Below the pieces are notes generated by a model. That model searched no databases. It was given only the letters and a program-made list of their open reading frames with translations, and was not told the origin of the DNA. A stretch of DNA of 63,515 nucleotides, the filler included, from Folioceros fuciformis (taxonomy: Eukaryota), in NCBI GenBank assembly GCA_049999805.1. It is 11 parts of 11 records of this genome, joined end to end, with 100 filler letters (N's around TTAATTAATTAA, not from the genome) between each part and the next. Parts side by side here need not be neighbours in the genome. Positions count along the whole stretch, not along the records: positions 1 to 5,716 come from JBNGIO010003401.1; positions 5,817 to 10,609 come from JBNGIO010003403.1; positions 10,710 to 24,825 come from JBNGIO010003404.1; 8 more parts are not named here. One strand, written 5' to 3'. The position numbers were made by a program, and so were the translations under genes. Below are positions 1 through 12,107 of this stretch, piece by piece. Each line of letters opens with the position of its first letter. Positions within the stretch are counted from its first letter, which is position 1.

Positions 1-2490
1 GCATATCACTTTGCGCCAACTTAAACTCCTCCTCGGATCCCATCATTCCGCTCTTTACAAAGCTACTGTCAAGCCTTCATCTCTATGAAAGAGTACCAAT
101 TCATCCAAGCTGAATACACTTGTCTTATCTTTATGCTTCGAAGGTCCCTCAGTGGCTCTGCCTTTTGAAAGGAATTCCACACCCGCTCACCCATTTTTCT
201 AAAAGCCGCTCTAGAACACCTCTCCTATGTTCATAATCTTTATGACATCTTCTCTGCCTTCCCTACACCTGATTTCTCTGATCTTGGTCTCAGGTGTTTC
301 ACTGCCAATCTCATTGCCCGTGCTATCAGGAAGCTCGGAAGTGGTACAGCTACTGACCCTAATGGTATCCCTAGGGATTTATTCCGGTTTGCTGGCTCTA
401 CCTCCTTCTCCTTGCATCTTGCCTCTATGTTGAATGATGCTTTGTCTTTTGGTTTTCCTGATCCTTGATGTGAGAATGGTATCCACTCCATTCTCAAGGC
501 TGGCGACCCTTATCTCCCTTCTAATTACCGATTTATCACCGTGGAGTCTATCTATGCTAAGATCTTTAGCTCTTGTTTGGAGACTTTGACTATGTCTTGG
601 GTTGAGGAGGCTAAGGTGCGTGCTCGGGGACGAGCCGGTTTCTGCCTTGGTCAGAATACTTTGGATCATCTTTTTACCCTCCGGGCTATTGTTGAGGGGG
701 CTCGACATCTGAAGAAGCACGTATACTATTGTTTTGTTGACTTTAAGCGTGCTTTCAACTCTGTGCCTTGGGATAAGTTGTTTGACAAACTTCAGTCTCT
801 TAAGATGCCTCCTCATTTGTGTCATGCTGCTACCCTTCTCTACAAAAGGGTCTTTGCTCGAATCAAGACTCCGTGTGGTTTGTCTTCCCACCAGATCCTT
901 ATCCAACTTGGCGTTCATGAGGGTGACCCTTTGGCCCAAATCTCTTTCGGTTGTATATTGATGAGCTTAAGGAATGGCTTCTTCGATCTGGCGACCCTGG
1001 TGCTCAGCTATTTCTGGAAAGCATTCCTATCCTCCTATATGCGGATGATATTGTTCTTTTATGTCATTCCCCGGAGGCCTTGCAAAAGCAACTGGATGTT
1101 TTATCCTTTTTTTGCAAAACCAAGGGTCTCTTTGTCAAGATTATGCGATTTAACACTTGGGATTACAATGATGATTGCAAATTTTATTATGATGGTCAGG
1201 AGGTGGAGATGGTTCGATCCACACCTATCTAGGTATCACTATTTTCGGTCCTAAATTTAACTGGACCTCCTCTACCTCCTCTTGCGCTACCAAGGGGATG
1301 GGCTCTGTCTGTGCTTTGTGCCGTTCTTTATACAGAATGAAACTTCAAAATATCAATCTTCGAAAGCAGCTGTTCAACACTATGGTAATTCGCTTCGCCT
1401 TGTATGGCACTGAAATTTGGGGCCTGGATCTTTCCCCTTCTTCTTGGGTGAAGGTGGAAAGTGTTCAATCTTCCTTTCTCCGCGCTCACATTGCTTGTAA
1501 GTGCTCAACTCCATTACTCATCTTCCTTTCCAAATTTGTAGCCTTCCCCTCGAACTTGATCTTTTTCGCCTCTCATCTTTCCTTTACCGCCTCCACCTCC
1601 TTGATATTGCTAATCCCATTTTGGATCCCTCTTACCACCTCCTTGCCTTTAGGCCCACAAGTTTTTTTTGCGGGCTTTCTCAAGCTGCTAATTGGCTTAG
1701 AAGATTCGAGTTTGAACCTTTTTGACTCCCTGCTTGACCCTCTCCCTCNNNNNNNNNNNNNNNNNNNNNNNNNNNNNNNNNNNNNNNNNNNNNNNNNNNN
1801 NNNNNNNNNNNNNNNNNNNNNNNNNNNNNNNNNNNNNNNNNNNNNNNNCCATTCACAGGGCCCTTAAATTAAAATACCTTTGCCTCACCTGGTTCCCTCT
1901 TTCCGTTCCCCCCCCTCTCACTTCTAGACTTCACTTTTACAAAGACAAGCTCTGAGTTGATCCTCCCTCTGGTAAATTTCCTACCCTGCCCTGGTACCTC
2001 AAATCCTCCCTATCCTTCAAACTCCGCACACTCATAAGTCAATTTCGTGTTAGCTCCCACCATCTCCAGATTGAGATCGACCACTGGCTCAAGCCTACCC
2101 CTCTCCAAGATGAAAGGATCGATAAGCTTTGCTCCTTGGATCCTGAATCTGAATCACACTTCGTCTTTTACTATCCTGCCTATGCCGACATTCGGTCTCG
2201 TTACTCTCTTCTTTTTGAGTGTGCCGGCTTGTCGCTGCGCGGATTTTTTTCTTTCCACATTTCTAGGCTCTCTTGACCATGTCTCTATGAGCTCGTTTAT
2301 CTTCGGCAATCCTTGTTGGACTCCTTGTAGTCTTCGCCTGCTTTTCTGTTTCCCTCATATAGGTCGTGCTTCTCTAGTTCATACTTACTTAAGTGTACTC
2401 AGTTTTTAAACCTCTTTTATATTGTACTATCTTTGTCCGATGATAATTCTTCCATCCTTAGTGGACATCAATAAAGTTGTTGTTGTCGTC
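1..2490 (+). mobile_element. Decayed non-LTR retrotransposon (RTE/RTEX-like LINE): RT plus C-terminal Cys/His domain, 5'-truncated
   Basis: Frameshifted RT pieces (AGFCLG..TLDHLFTL, CFVDFKRAFNSV, GVHEGDPL, LLYADDIVL, LYGTEIWG). C-terminal remnant SQFRVSSHHLQIE..ESESHFVF..PAYADIR at ~2035-2200. Ends in AATAAA followed by a (GTT)n tail at 2470-2490. Confidence 0.85.
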
Positions 2491-2877
2491 TTCCCTCTTC
2501 ACATACATTATACAATGGTTTCATTAGAGTATCATTCACATAGCATCTTCGACGAGTCGGAGCTTCTTTTAGGGTTCTTTAACAGCTTGAGCGCCTTTTC
2601 GTGAGAAGCTCGAGTTCCTGCAACCAACACACCGGTCGATGAAATTCAGAGAAACGTTGACGGTATTTCACATTAGTTTTCGTCAGCGCCGGATGTTCCA
2701 GGCTCTTCTTCCACGAAGGGATTAACGCACTAGAAGCTGCGACCTAGCTCCTTGGTGTCGCCACGGGCATTTGTGGATTCTCCCAGCTCCCATCCGCATC
2801 TGGCGATTTACGATCTCGTGTGTTTTGGCTGATCCACCCGTGGCTGCAGTTAGACTGTGTTCCTCCGGCTGTGAGAG

Positions 2878-3568
2878 ATGGCGATGCGGGTTGCGGCTCG
2901 GAGATGGTTCGCCGAGGCGGCTGCTAAGTCCCGCAGTGGTGTGCGCCGGCACTTCAGTGACAAGGGTCGGGTGCTGAGTGATGAGGAGAGAGCTGCGGAG
3001 AACGTGTACATCAAGGTTAGCTTGCTCAAGCCGCTCCTTCCCGGGCGTTGAGCTGCTTTGATTCCCATGGCAGTGTTCAATTTCGTCTCCTGTGGTATAT
3101 CAAGTGGGCTTCCTTTGCAACGGGTTTGGCGTCTTCTACGTCCTTTAGGTACTGTTTTTCGGACTGTTGATTGACTCTGTCCCTGGGTGAGAGAGTCACG
3201 ATTTGCCCTTGCCTTCTGCAGAAGATGGAAAAGGAGAGGGCAGAGAAGGCTGCACGGCAGGTAGCGTAAGCCGTAAGGCATGTTGGAAAACTTGTTCCTT
3301 GTTCTGCTTTTTGTGTCACGAGAGACAGAGCACCTGATTCATGTCGGTCTTCTGTTTGTGTTCCTTATGGTGGCAGGGAGTCAATCCTGGAGAGGCGGGA
3401 CCCCATGACACCGCGAATCCAGTCAATCCTTCCTCAGGAAGCTCATCTCAAAAGCCCGCTGACAACAGTAAGGCAATTGCCGTATTCGCAGGGATCATCG
3501 GACTGGTTGGCATAGTGTATGTGCTGACAGGTTCGCGCAAGGAGTCACGCGAGAAAGACAAGGAATGA
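2878..3568 (+). CDS. Small mitochondrial protein, At2g27730-like (complex I-associated P2 / ATPase-inhibitor-like); exons 2878-3015, 3222-3260, 3377-3568
   Basis: Spliced translation MAMRVAARRWF..RRHFSDKGRVLSDEERAAENVYIK|KMEKERAEKAARQ|GVNPG..AIAVFAGIIGLVGIVYVL..*. GT-AG introns, Arg-rich presequence, VLS(D/E)EERAAENV(Y/F)IKKME motif and a C-terminal TM helix. Confidence 0.85.
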
Positions 3569-3635
3569 AGAGGGTTGCTGTGAAGACAATTCTGCGAGGC
3601 TTTTGTTTCTGTGAATAATCCACCTGGCGTATCGG

Positions 3636-3875
3636 TGGAGATAAAGAAATTTAGCTGGAAGCTGTGTCACTCGGGATGGGAGATCGAGAAATTTTGATGG
3701 AAGCTGTGTCACTGGAGACATGAGATCGAGAAACTTTGCTGGAAGCTGTGTCACTGGAGATGGAGATTCTGAAATTTTGCTGGAAGCTGTGTCACTGGAG
3801 ATGGGAGATCGATAAACTTCGCTGGAATCTGTGTCCCTGGAGATGGGAGATCGATAAACTTTACTGGAAGCCGTG
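3636..3875. repeat. 42-bp tandem minisatellite, about 6 copies
   Basis: GCTGGAAGCTGTGTCACT core recurs at 3654, 3696, 3738, 3779, 3821 and 3863. Confidence 0.9.
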
Positions 3876-4336
3876 AGGCTGGAGTCGGTTACTGATCGAT
3901 GTTGCAGGCCACCAGAGAGACACTTGGCTGGTTTGGTGTAGATCCCTCCCAGCCTAAGGCAGTTGCAGTCTGCGAGACTCTAAGTTTGTTCTTCGTTTGT
4001 GAAATTTGAAAAAATTGTACAGTGGCTTGGTCAAAGTAAGTTTTGTCATTAGCCACGAAATAAAGACTGTTTCGCCTAGGCATAGAAGGGCGGCCCCGAA
4101 GCCAACTAGGTGCACATAACATACGCTGCAGTTGCAGCAATATATTACAATTTACAGAATATCTGTACATCTTGAAATGTTCTGGGCACTTAGGAAGCCT
4201 ACTCTTTCGTGGATCAAACTAGCCAGAACCTCCTGAAGTGCACAAATACGGGCTCGAGTGCAAATGGCATGTTCTCAACCGCATCTCCGTGGACCCCCGA
4301 ACTTCAAGAAGAGGACAGCACTGCATGCTGAATCAC

Positions 4337-5716
4337 TCAGTTCTTAACACAAGTCCACAGGACAACAGGCGTGAGATGTCTGAGTCCCTCGTGAACCTTT
4401 TCTGCAGCGGCATCACTGTGCATCTTCAGTTCTCTGCCCACTGCAGCTGCCTTCTCTTCAACAAACCCATCCTTCAGAATGTCAAGTTGGGCATCTCCCT
4501 TGGCCACGACTGCATCCGACTTGACGGCAGCATTGAATCCAGCAATCACATCTACAAGTCCAGAGATGAAGCATTTCGAAACAAGTTGAATATCGTCAAC
4601 CAAGGCTTGGGCTTGGGCCTCCAGAAGAGCAGCTTTATCAGTGCCCTCGGCAGGCCAGTCAATGCCATCATCCACTGCCTTTCCCTTTTCGTCAGCAGGG
4701 GTTGCCAGGACCGAGTTACCTAACTGAAGCAGCTGGGAAATGCAGAGCGCACACAGCTCCGAGATCCTGTGCACGCCCTCTGTCCTAATCTCCTCAAGCC
4801 TATCCGCAGTCTTCTGGACGATCTCCGCTGCAGCCAATCCGGCAAGTGTAGGTCCCAAACCAGTTGCCATCTCTTTAGCCTTGGCAACACTGGCGTCCCG
4901 CAAACTCACCACCTCACTCCTGATGAGGGCAGAACCCAGATCCAAGTTTTTGCCTTTAAATGGGCCGCCCCCTCCGTCAATATTATCGCGGAACAAAGTG
5001 TGATGCAGTTTCTTTAGAAGAGTATCAAACGAAGCCCTCCGCTCTCCAGAAAGCTTAGCCCTCGCTCGATTGCACAACAAGGAGTGGTGATTGGACAGAG
5101 CCTCCAATTCCTCCATATGTTCCGGCCCGCCATAAATGTAAAAGCAGCGATCGAAAGACAACTCGTCCGCAAACTCCTCATCGTCGCCTGCATCACCACC
5201 GTCAGTCTCCTTCCCATCCTCCTCAAGCTCAATCCCAGTCTCGGTAGCGAGGATCTCCATAGTCTCCCTTCCCACCATCTCCAAGACGTGTATCCCCTTG
5301 GCCGTCAAGGCCCTGCTACTCTCAATAAGCTGCGGCGCCAGGGAGCCCGCCCTGGCAGTGATCCCAGATCCGGTCTCCTGCAGGCTCCCGGCCAGCTGCT
5401 CAGCGGAAACTTCGAACTTCTGAACAAGATTGACACCGCCCTTCCACGCCGTCTCCAGCGCCTGAAACGCCCCCGAAGTCAGGCTCTCCACGGAGTCATC
5501 CAGCACCTTGAGCCCGTGGCCAAGAATCGACTCCTTGCTGGCCGCTTCCAGCTTATCCAAGGAAGCCTTGCGCAATTGCTCATCCAAGCCGGAGACGGCC
5601 TCCAGCATGGCCGGGGCGTTGTCCAAGTCCAGATCTTCCGCGCTCTTGAGAGCAACGTAGTCCCCGTCCTCTCCCTCCTCCGCTCCATATCCTTCCTCCC
5701 CAAAGCTGTTCTGCAG
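4337..5716 (-). CDS. Conserved plant protein, At2g15860-like ('BAT2 domain'); 5' end lost at the contig edge
   Basis: Open frame of more than 450 codons running into the N-linker. Motifs GLKVLDDSVE, LEMVGRETMEIL and FDRCFYIYGGPEHMEELEALS. Confidence 0.8.
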   Translation of the reverse strand: MQNSFGEEGYGAEEGEDGDYVALKSAEDLDLDNAPAMLEAVSGLDEQLRKASLDKLEAASKESILGHGLKVLDDSVESLTSGAFQALETAWKGGVNLVQKFEVSAEQLAGSLQETGSGITARAGSLAPQLIESSRALTAKGIHVLEMVGRETMEILATETGIELEEDGKETDGGDAGDDEEFADELSFDRCFYIYGGPEHMEELEALSNHHSLLCNRARAKLSGERRASFDTLLKKLHHTLFRDNIDGGGGPFKGKNLDLGSALIRSEVVSLRDASVAKAKEMATGLGPTLAGLAAAEIVQKTADRLEEIRTEGVHRISELCALCISQLLQLGNSVLATPADEKGKAVDDGIDWPAEGTDKAALLEAQAQALVDDIQLVSKCFISGLVDVIAGFNAAVKSDAVVAKGDAQLDILKDGFVEEKAAAVGRELKMHSDAAAEKVHEGLRHLTPVVLWTCVKN

Positions 5717-5760
5717 NNNNNNNNNNNNNNNNNNNNNNNNNNNNNNNNNNNNNNNNNNNN

Positions 5761-5772
5761 TTAATTAATTAA
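5761..5772. other. Artificial contig-joining linker TTAATTAATTAA flanked by N runs (also at ~10654, 24870, 35732, 45351, 54356, 56080, 57942, 60679, 61891)
   Basis: Identical 12-mer with stops in all six frames, always embedded in about 44 N on each side. Confidence 0.97.
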
Positions 5773-5873
5773 NNNNNNNNNNNNNNNNNNNNNNNNNNNN
5801 NNNNNNNNNNNNNNNNCCTAAGTTTTTTAGTTTGGTCCTATTTGCTATGCTAGCTGGGTCAGGAAAACCAGGC

Positions 5874-6010
5874 AAACCCTATGGTTGAAAAAGCATATGC
5901 CAAGCTTGATGTGATGTTGAATCAACACTGCCTTAAAGTGGCGGGGTAAAACAAGGTGGTGGTGGGCCCCGCTTCAGCCACTGAAACCGGACTGGCTCTA
6001 GGGTTAGGGC
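5874..6010 (+). promoter_or_regulatory. Telo-box (AAACCCTA 5874-5881; TAGGGTTAGGG ~5999-6009) and site II (TGGGCC ~5963) upstream of RPL18
   Basis: Motifs are seen directly. Telo-box plus site II is the known module of plant ribosomal protein promoters. Confidence 0.55.
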
Positions 6011-6093
6011 TTCTCCAGATAAATCTGTAGTTTGCATATGCGTTGTTCCCTTTTCCGGTAAGGTGTTGAGGTCTTCTTTAGCAGCTGGTAGCG

Positions 6094-7032
6094 ATGGGTA
6101 TCGATTTGGTGGCCGGGGGCCGCAACAAGAAAACAAAGCGGACAGCGCCGAAGAGCGATAATCCTTACCTCAAGTTGCTTGTGAAGGTGAGTGCGGCTCC
6201 GAGGGTTCTGATGCTGGTTGGTTTGCTGGATGGCGATGACGGAAGTCGATTTTGAGAATCGTTTGCCACAGCTCTACAGGTTTTTGGTGAGGCGGACAGA
6301 AAGTCCCTTCAACAAGGTAATCCTGAAGCGGTTGTTCATGAGTAGAACGAACAGGCCTCCCATCTCGCTCTCTCGACTTGTGAGGTACACAGCTGGCAAG
6401 GCAAGGTCACATTTTATCTTCCCCGTCTTGAGCTGTAGGTGTTTATGTGAAATTCGGGGTATTGACAATGCTCAGCTCCTTCATGACACCTAGTCTTTGT
6501 GCTTCAGGAGGACAAGATTGTCGTCGTAGTCGGCACGGTGACGGATGATGTGAGACTATATGAGGTGCCTGCCCTCAAGGTCGCTGCCCTACGCTTCACT
6601 GAAACAGCCCGGGCACGCATCCTGAAGGCTGGTGGCGAGGTGCTTACGTTCGATCAGCTCGCCCTAAAGGCCCCGACGGGTTCCANNNNNNNNNNNNNNN
6701 NNNNNNNNNNNNNNNNNNNNNNNNNNNNNNNNNNNNNNNNNNNNNNNNNNNNNNNNNNNNNNNNNNNNNNNNNNNNNNNNNNNNNCTGTAAGCGTTCGTG
6801 GCGGTTGCTGTCTTTTTCGCGGTGTGTGATTTGTTCAGTTCTGTCTAACTCGTGAATACGCTTTTCTGCACAGCTTTTGTTGAGAGGTCCTAAGAAGGCC
6901 CGCGAAGCAGTTAAGCACTTTGGCAGGGCACCTGGCGTGCCTCACAGTCACACGAAGCCTTATGTCCGGTCCAAGGGCAGGAAGTTTGAGAAGGCTCGTG
7001 GCCGCCGCAACAGCAGAGGTTTCAAGGTGTAG
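6094..7032 (+). CDS. RPL18: 60S ribosomal protein L18 (eL18); exons 6094-6186, 6272-6400, 6508-~6787 (gap inside), 6874-7032
   Basis: [71 protein letters not shown]..|[28 protein letters not shown]. Confidence 0.97.
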
Positions 7033-8487
7033 GCTGATTTTTTGCGGAGGAATCTTTGGCGGCTGCATTCCATAGAGGCAAGGAGTCAATTCTTGTAGGG
7101 GTATTTTGTAAGTGTTTGCCGGAGCTGTGGTCACCAGCCCATGTGGCTCATGGTTGAACTGTCAAAAGCGTCCGAATAATCTGCTGGTGTTTTTTATGAG
7201 AATCTTTTGCCTCCTGGACTCAATGTACTTCAGTTCTTTCGAGGTTCTCAAAGGATCTCTCAGTGTCACCTTTTTACTACCGGGCCCTGGCCTCTCTTGG
7301 TTTGGAGTTTTGTCGTTGCTAAAATCATTACGCTGGTGAGCTAAGCGAGCATTCTGAAGAAAACTGTACAGGCTGTTGTGGACCTCGAACAACTGAAACG
7401 TGCTCAGGTTCTCAGTGGTACGTCTCCGTCTGCCTTTCGTTGGTCTCTGTTAAGTATATGTATCAGAGCACCTTGGGCGGGTCGCCCATATGAATCTGGC
7501 GGAACTCTTTCGGAGAGTAGTCTGTCTGAAGGTGATCCAAAGCACCTGTTTCATGTAGGATCAGTGTGGTCTAGGTAGGCCCTCAGACTGGGTGCTCGGT
7601 TTCACAGTAAGCTGAAATTGTAGTTGTGCTCGGGAACCTAGATCTCTGAATGGATCCGGCTAATTGGTAGTTCCATAAATGTCAGGCACCGCTGCTGCTT
7701 CTCAAGACTGAAGGAACGGGTCCATCCTCTGGCATCCATACCTGAAGTGGGATTTTTCATTCAAGTGAAAACTGAGGAAGGCTGCATGTCACGGAGGGAA
7801 TGGACAACCTGTCGGACTGCCTTTCTGTGTCAAATTTGGACTTTGTGTAGTGCTCCCTGGTTTGTCATACCCGCTACATGTTGTGCATCACGGAGACAAA
7901 GACAGACAGGTGGGAACCTCTCCTTCAGCAGCCCGCACGACTAGCTAGACAATGGCCTTCACTGACACACACAGAACTTGCACGCAACTGTGGACTGCTT
8001 TGTCACTTTCCTGGCTCAGAAAATTCCGTATTCTTCGTAACTGATTTGAGTTATTCCGGGTAACATCACGGTGGGCGGTTATTTCGAGATTTGCACTCTC
8101 TTTTCCAGAGACTCCTGGTTCCGAACATCGGATTCTAAGAGAAAAGTGAAGGGATGTTTCAAGGACGTCCAGGAGTCGTCTCGTGCAACGTTGATCCTAT
8201 GGTTGTTAGTATTCCTCAACTTGGAGCTCGTGAGCAACCAGCCACCGGCGAGGGAGGAGAGGTACCGATTGTCTTCATCATGTCGTACCTGTCTCTCCCT
8301 TCGGGCAGGTGAAGGCAGCGGGTACGTATCCATGTCACCACAATCATGCAGTAAGAGGTCTGGCCAGTCTCTCTTCCAGGGACTGAGATTTCCGGTGAGG
8401 GATTTGCCAAATCCTGTGAGCCAAAAATGCCTTCTCGGGCCATGAATTGAGGCTCCAACGTGCACTGTGACAGAAAATCTAGCTACA

Positions 8488-10609
8488 ATGGGGAGCACAG
8501 GAAGTCTGAAGGAGAGCCCTCTGGACAAGCCAGCAGCATCTCCGTGCTGCTCACAGCACATCTCGCAGCCGGCTGCAGATACGCGAGCTGAAGCCCAGGA
8601 GGCTACAGTTTCAGGCACTGTAGACACTGTTCATCTTTCAAGCCCGACTCTGAGGCCCGACGATGCTAAGGGTCGTGGGGCTGAAGGTCAGGAGTGCAGC
8701 AAAGGTTCAGCCTCTCCGGATGGTGATGTCGGTGTAGGCCCGAGTGCGCTGAAGGGCAAAGATGCTGGGGCTCCTGCTGCTGGAGGGTGGAAGACGGCAC
8801 CGTTTATCTTCGGTGAGGGCGTGAGGAACTGTGAATTTCTTGTGGAACGGAATTGATGCTGTAGAATTCGCAGCGGTAGATCAACCTGTAGGAGGCCGTT
8901 GGATAGGACGTTTGTCAAGGATTCGGTTGAGGTTTGCCGTCATTTTGCAGGAACTGAGTTATGCGAGAAGGTGGCTACAGGAGGGCTACATGTCAACATG
9001 ATCACCTACCTTACGCAGGTTATGCACATGACGATGGTGACTGCATCCAACACCATCACCAATTTCAATGGAACCTCCAATCTGACTCCTCTCCTAGGAG
9101 CCTTTCTGGCGGACTCGTATCTTGGTCGATTCGTCACGATTATGGTTTTCTCGACACTGTATCTCATGGTAAGAAACTCGATCTCTTGCTATGGCCGTTG
9201 CGAAAATGTCCAGATATCCATCCTTGAGGAAGCTACATGGTTGGCTAAATGAGCTGCAATATTTGCTTCGACTTTGCGTCAAGAGCCTGCTCATGATTCC
9301 GGAGTTCTGAACCTGGCGATAATGGCTTGTGAATTCCATGACAACAGGGTATGAGCTTGCTGACGCTGGCAACAGTGTTCCCATCTCTCACGCCCACCCC
9401 GTGCCCGAAAGGCACGAAGTTCTTCCATTGCGAGAAGGCGTCGTCGGGGCAGACGGGATATCTCTACGCAGCGCTGAGCCTCATGGCCCTAGGATCTGGA
9501 GGAATCAGGTCCTGTGTGGTTGCCTTTGGCGCAGACCAATTCGACATCACCAACGCTCGCCAGCGGAAGCAAATGCGGGGATTTTTCAACTGGTTCTACT
9601 TCTCCATTGGATTTGCTCTTCTGCTGGCTGTCACTGTGGTGGTTTACGTCCAGGATCATGTAGGCTGGAGCTGGGGCTTCGGCATCCCCGCCGTAGCTAT
9701 GACCTTGTCCATCACCTTCTTCATCGTCGGGTCACCTATGTACAGAAAATTCAAGACCGGCTCTAGCCCTTTCACTCGCCTCATCCAAGTGCCCGTGGCG
9801 GCCTTCCGTAAACGCAAACTGCCTCTCCCTGAAGATGCAGCGCTGCTCTTCCACGGAGCTCCAGCTCCAGATCTGAACAGGGGAAAGAAAGCGGACGGGT
9901 TTGGCAAAATAGAGCTCGTCCACACCGACCAATTCCGGTGAGCCAACTTCCTCCACCCCTCGAGTTCTTCCTCCTCCTTTTTCTGCCTTCTTCTTCACCG
10001 CTTGCAAGACACATCGTTTGACAGCATACGGCTCTCTGTGCTAGAAGATTTCTGCACTCCGCAACAACGATACCAAGATCGTATAGATCCATGCCCGAAC
10101 CGGAAGCTCAAATTCCACACTGGCATACAAACAAACGCTCAACTTTGACAGGCTCGTGTCTGTAGTATCTAATGATCTCGGTTACAAGTGGTACAGGTTT
10201 CTTGACAGAGCGGCAATTGTCATGGAAGGCGACGACGATGCGAGAACTCCAAACCCCTGGCGTCTGTGTCCTGTGAGCCACATTGAGGAGCTGAAGTGCT
10301 TGGTGCGACTGATGCCGATCTGGCTGGCCACAATCACAGTGCACAGCATGGCACCGCTCCAAACCACGTTCACGGTGCAGCAGGCGAGGGTCATGGACCG
10401 GCATCTAGACAAACGTTTCCAGATCCCGCCTGCATCCTTTGGCGTCTTCGCGATTCTGGTGATGCTGGTCTTCATTCCCGTATACGAGAAGATCCTGCAG
10501 CCAGCCTACCGGCTAGCAGCCCGCACCGAGCGCGGAATCACGCCTCTCCAGCGCATCGGCGTAGGCACGCTGATCTCCATCTTGGGCCTGGTTGTGGCTG
10601 GTGTGGTGG
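8488..10609 (+). CDS. NPF: NRT1/PTR family (NPF) transporter, 3'-truncated by the contig end; exons 8488-8812, 8951-9168, 9348-9937, 10197->10609
   Basis: GGWKTAPFIFG|TELCEK (intact ExxEK motif), PLLGAFLADSYLGRF, GSGGIRSCVVAFGADQF, FFNWFYF, WRLCPVSHIEELK, QQARVMDRH and LQRIGVG. Confidence 0.95.
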
Positions 10610-10709
10610 NNNNNNNNNNNNNNNNNNNNNNNNNNNNNNNNNNNNNNNNNNNNTTAATTAATTAANNNNNNNNNNNNNNNNNNNNNNNNNNNNNNNNNNN
10701 NNNNNNNNN

Positions 10710-10897
10710 ATTCATAGCATTATACTTACTTCCTTCCTAAACATTGTCTTCAGAATTAACTACCTTGTTTGATCATTTACATTCATAGCATTATACTTAC
10801 TTCCTTCCTAAACATTGTCTTCAGAATTAACTACCTTGTTCGATCATTTACATTCATAGCATTATACTTACTTCCTTCCTAAACATTGTCTTCAGAA
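10710..10897. repeat. 71-bp tandem repeat, about 2.7 copies
   Basis: ATTCATAGCATTATACTTAC.. starts at 10710, 10781 and 10852. Confidence 0.9.
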
Positions 10898-11669
10898 TGT
10901 CTACTTTAAGACAATGTCTATCGAATTATAAACACACACCTTTGCCACAATGCATGAAATAGAGAGGTCAGTCCTACTTCTATGGCCACCCCGATAAGAT
11001 ATGTGGCCTTATGAAGNNNNNNNNNNNNNNNNNNNNNNNNNNNNNNNNNNNNNNNNNNNNNNNNNNNNNNNNNNNNNNNNNNNNNNNNNNNNNNNNNNNN
11101 NNNNNNNNNNNNNNNNCACCCCGATAAGATATGTGGCCTTATGAAGTTGCTTAAGGAAAAACTTATCGATGATTTTGCCAAAATAATTAACTTCCCTAAT
11201 CAACAAAGCAAATCTATTGTGATTGACCCATAAGTGTGCTTTATATTTGAGCAAGGACTTTTCAAGAATTATGAAGATTGCTTTAGAATGGCTTTCCTAG
11301 TCAATAAAGCAAATCTATCTTGATTGACTAATTAAGTAAGTGTGCTTTGTATTTAGGCCAGGATTTTTCAAGACTTATGAATGAATACATAGTCAAGGTT
11401 TATCACAGTCACAATAAAGGAGTTCTCCCACTTTCCTTGGTGGTGTTGGCCTTCTTTCTACAACTTGTATCTCATGCTCTACAAATAGACCAATGTAGTC
11501 TTACAAGTATGGAGAGAAGGAGGAGAGAGTCTACTTGCTTCATAAGCACTTGTGATTATAGGCTCTTGGGGGAATGATATTTAACGAGCCTAATCCCTGT
11601 TTGGCCTCAGCCTTCTTATGGTGCTCCTCCTCATTTTTATGGGTACGTAGAATCTTGCTCCCTTTAGCT

Positions 11670-12107
11670 GCCTATTGTAATCTGATAGGTGGATCAGCCA
11701 TATCTTGGAGTAGCAAAAAGGTAACAACTATCTGTCTTTCCTCTATCGAAGCAGAATATGGTGCACTTTCACAGGCAGCCAGAGAAATAATTTGGATTCG
11801 TTCTTTTCTCAAGGGTCTGCGGCATCTCAACCAAGGTGCAACCAAGCTTTGGTGTGACAACCAGTCAGCCATAGCGTTGTCAAGGAATCCAGTTTTTCAT
11901 GCCCGGAGCAAGCATATAGAAATCACGCATCACTTTATCTGGCAAGCTGCTGATATGGGAGAAGTAACTGTGAACTATATTCCTACTGAGGACAATACAG
12001 CAGATCTCTTAACTAAAGCACTAGCCAAGCCCCAGCATCAGAAGCATACAACAGCAGCTGGGTTGTTCCTTGTGCCAGCATCAGCAACTACTGGCAAGGC
12101 ACACTAA
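11670..12107 (+). mobile_element. Ty1/copia RNase H fragment
   Basis: GGSAISWSSKK..LSSIEAEY..CDNQSAIALSRNPVFHARSKHIEI..ADLLTKAL. Confidence 0.9.

Noticed and set aside
3636-3875. Regularly spaced repeats resembling a CRISPR array (also 10710-10897, 24577-24825, 52589-52790)
   Set aside because: Whole units repeat with no unique spacers, there are no cas genes, and the context is eukaryotic.
5084-5764. 226-aa plus-strand ORF
   Set aside because: Antisense shadow of the GC-rich minus-strand gene.
5761-5772. Recurrent TTAATTAATTAA palindrome as a biological motif
   Set aside because: Always embedded in N runs; it is a six-frame-stop assembly linker.
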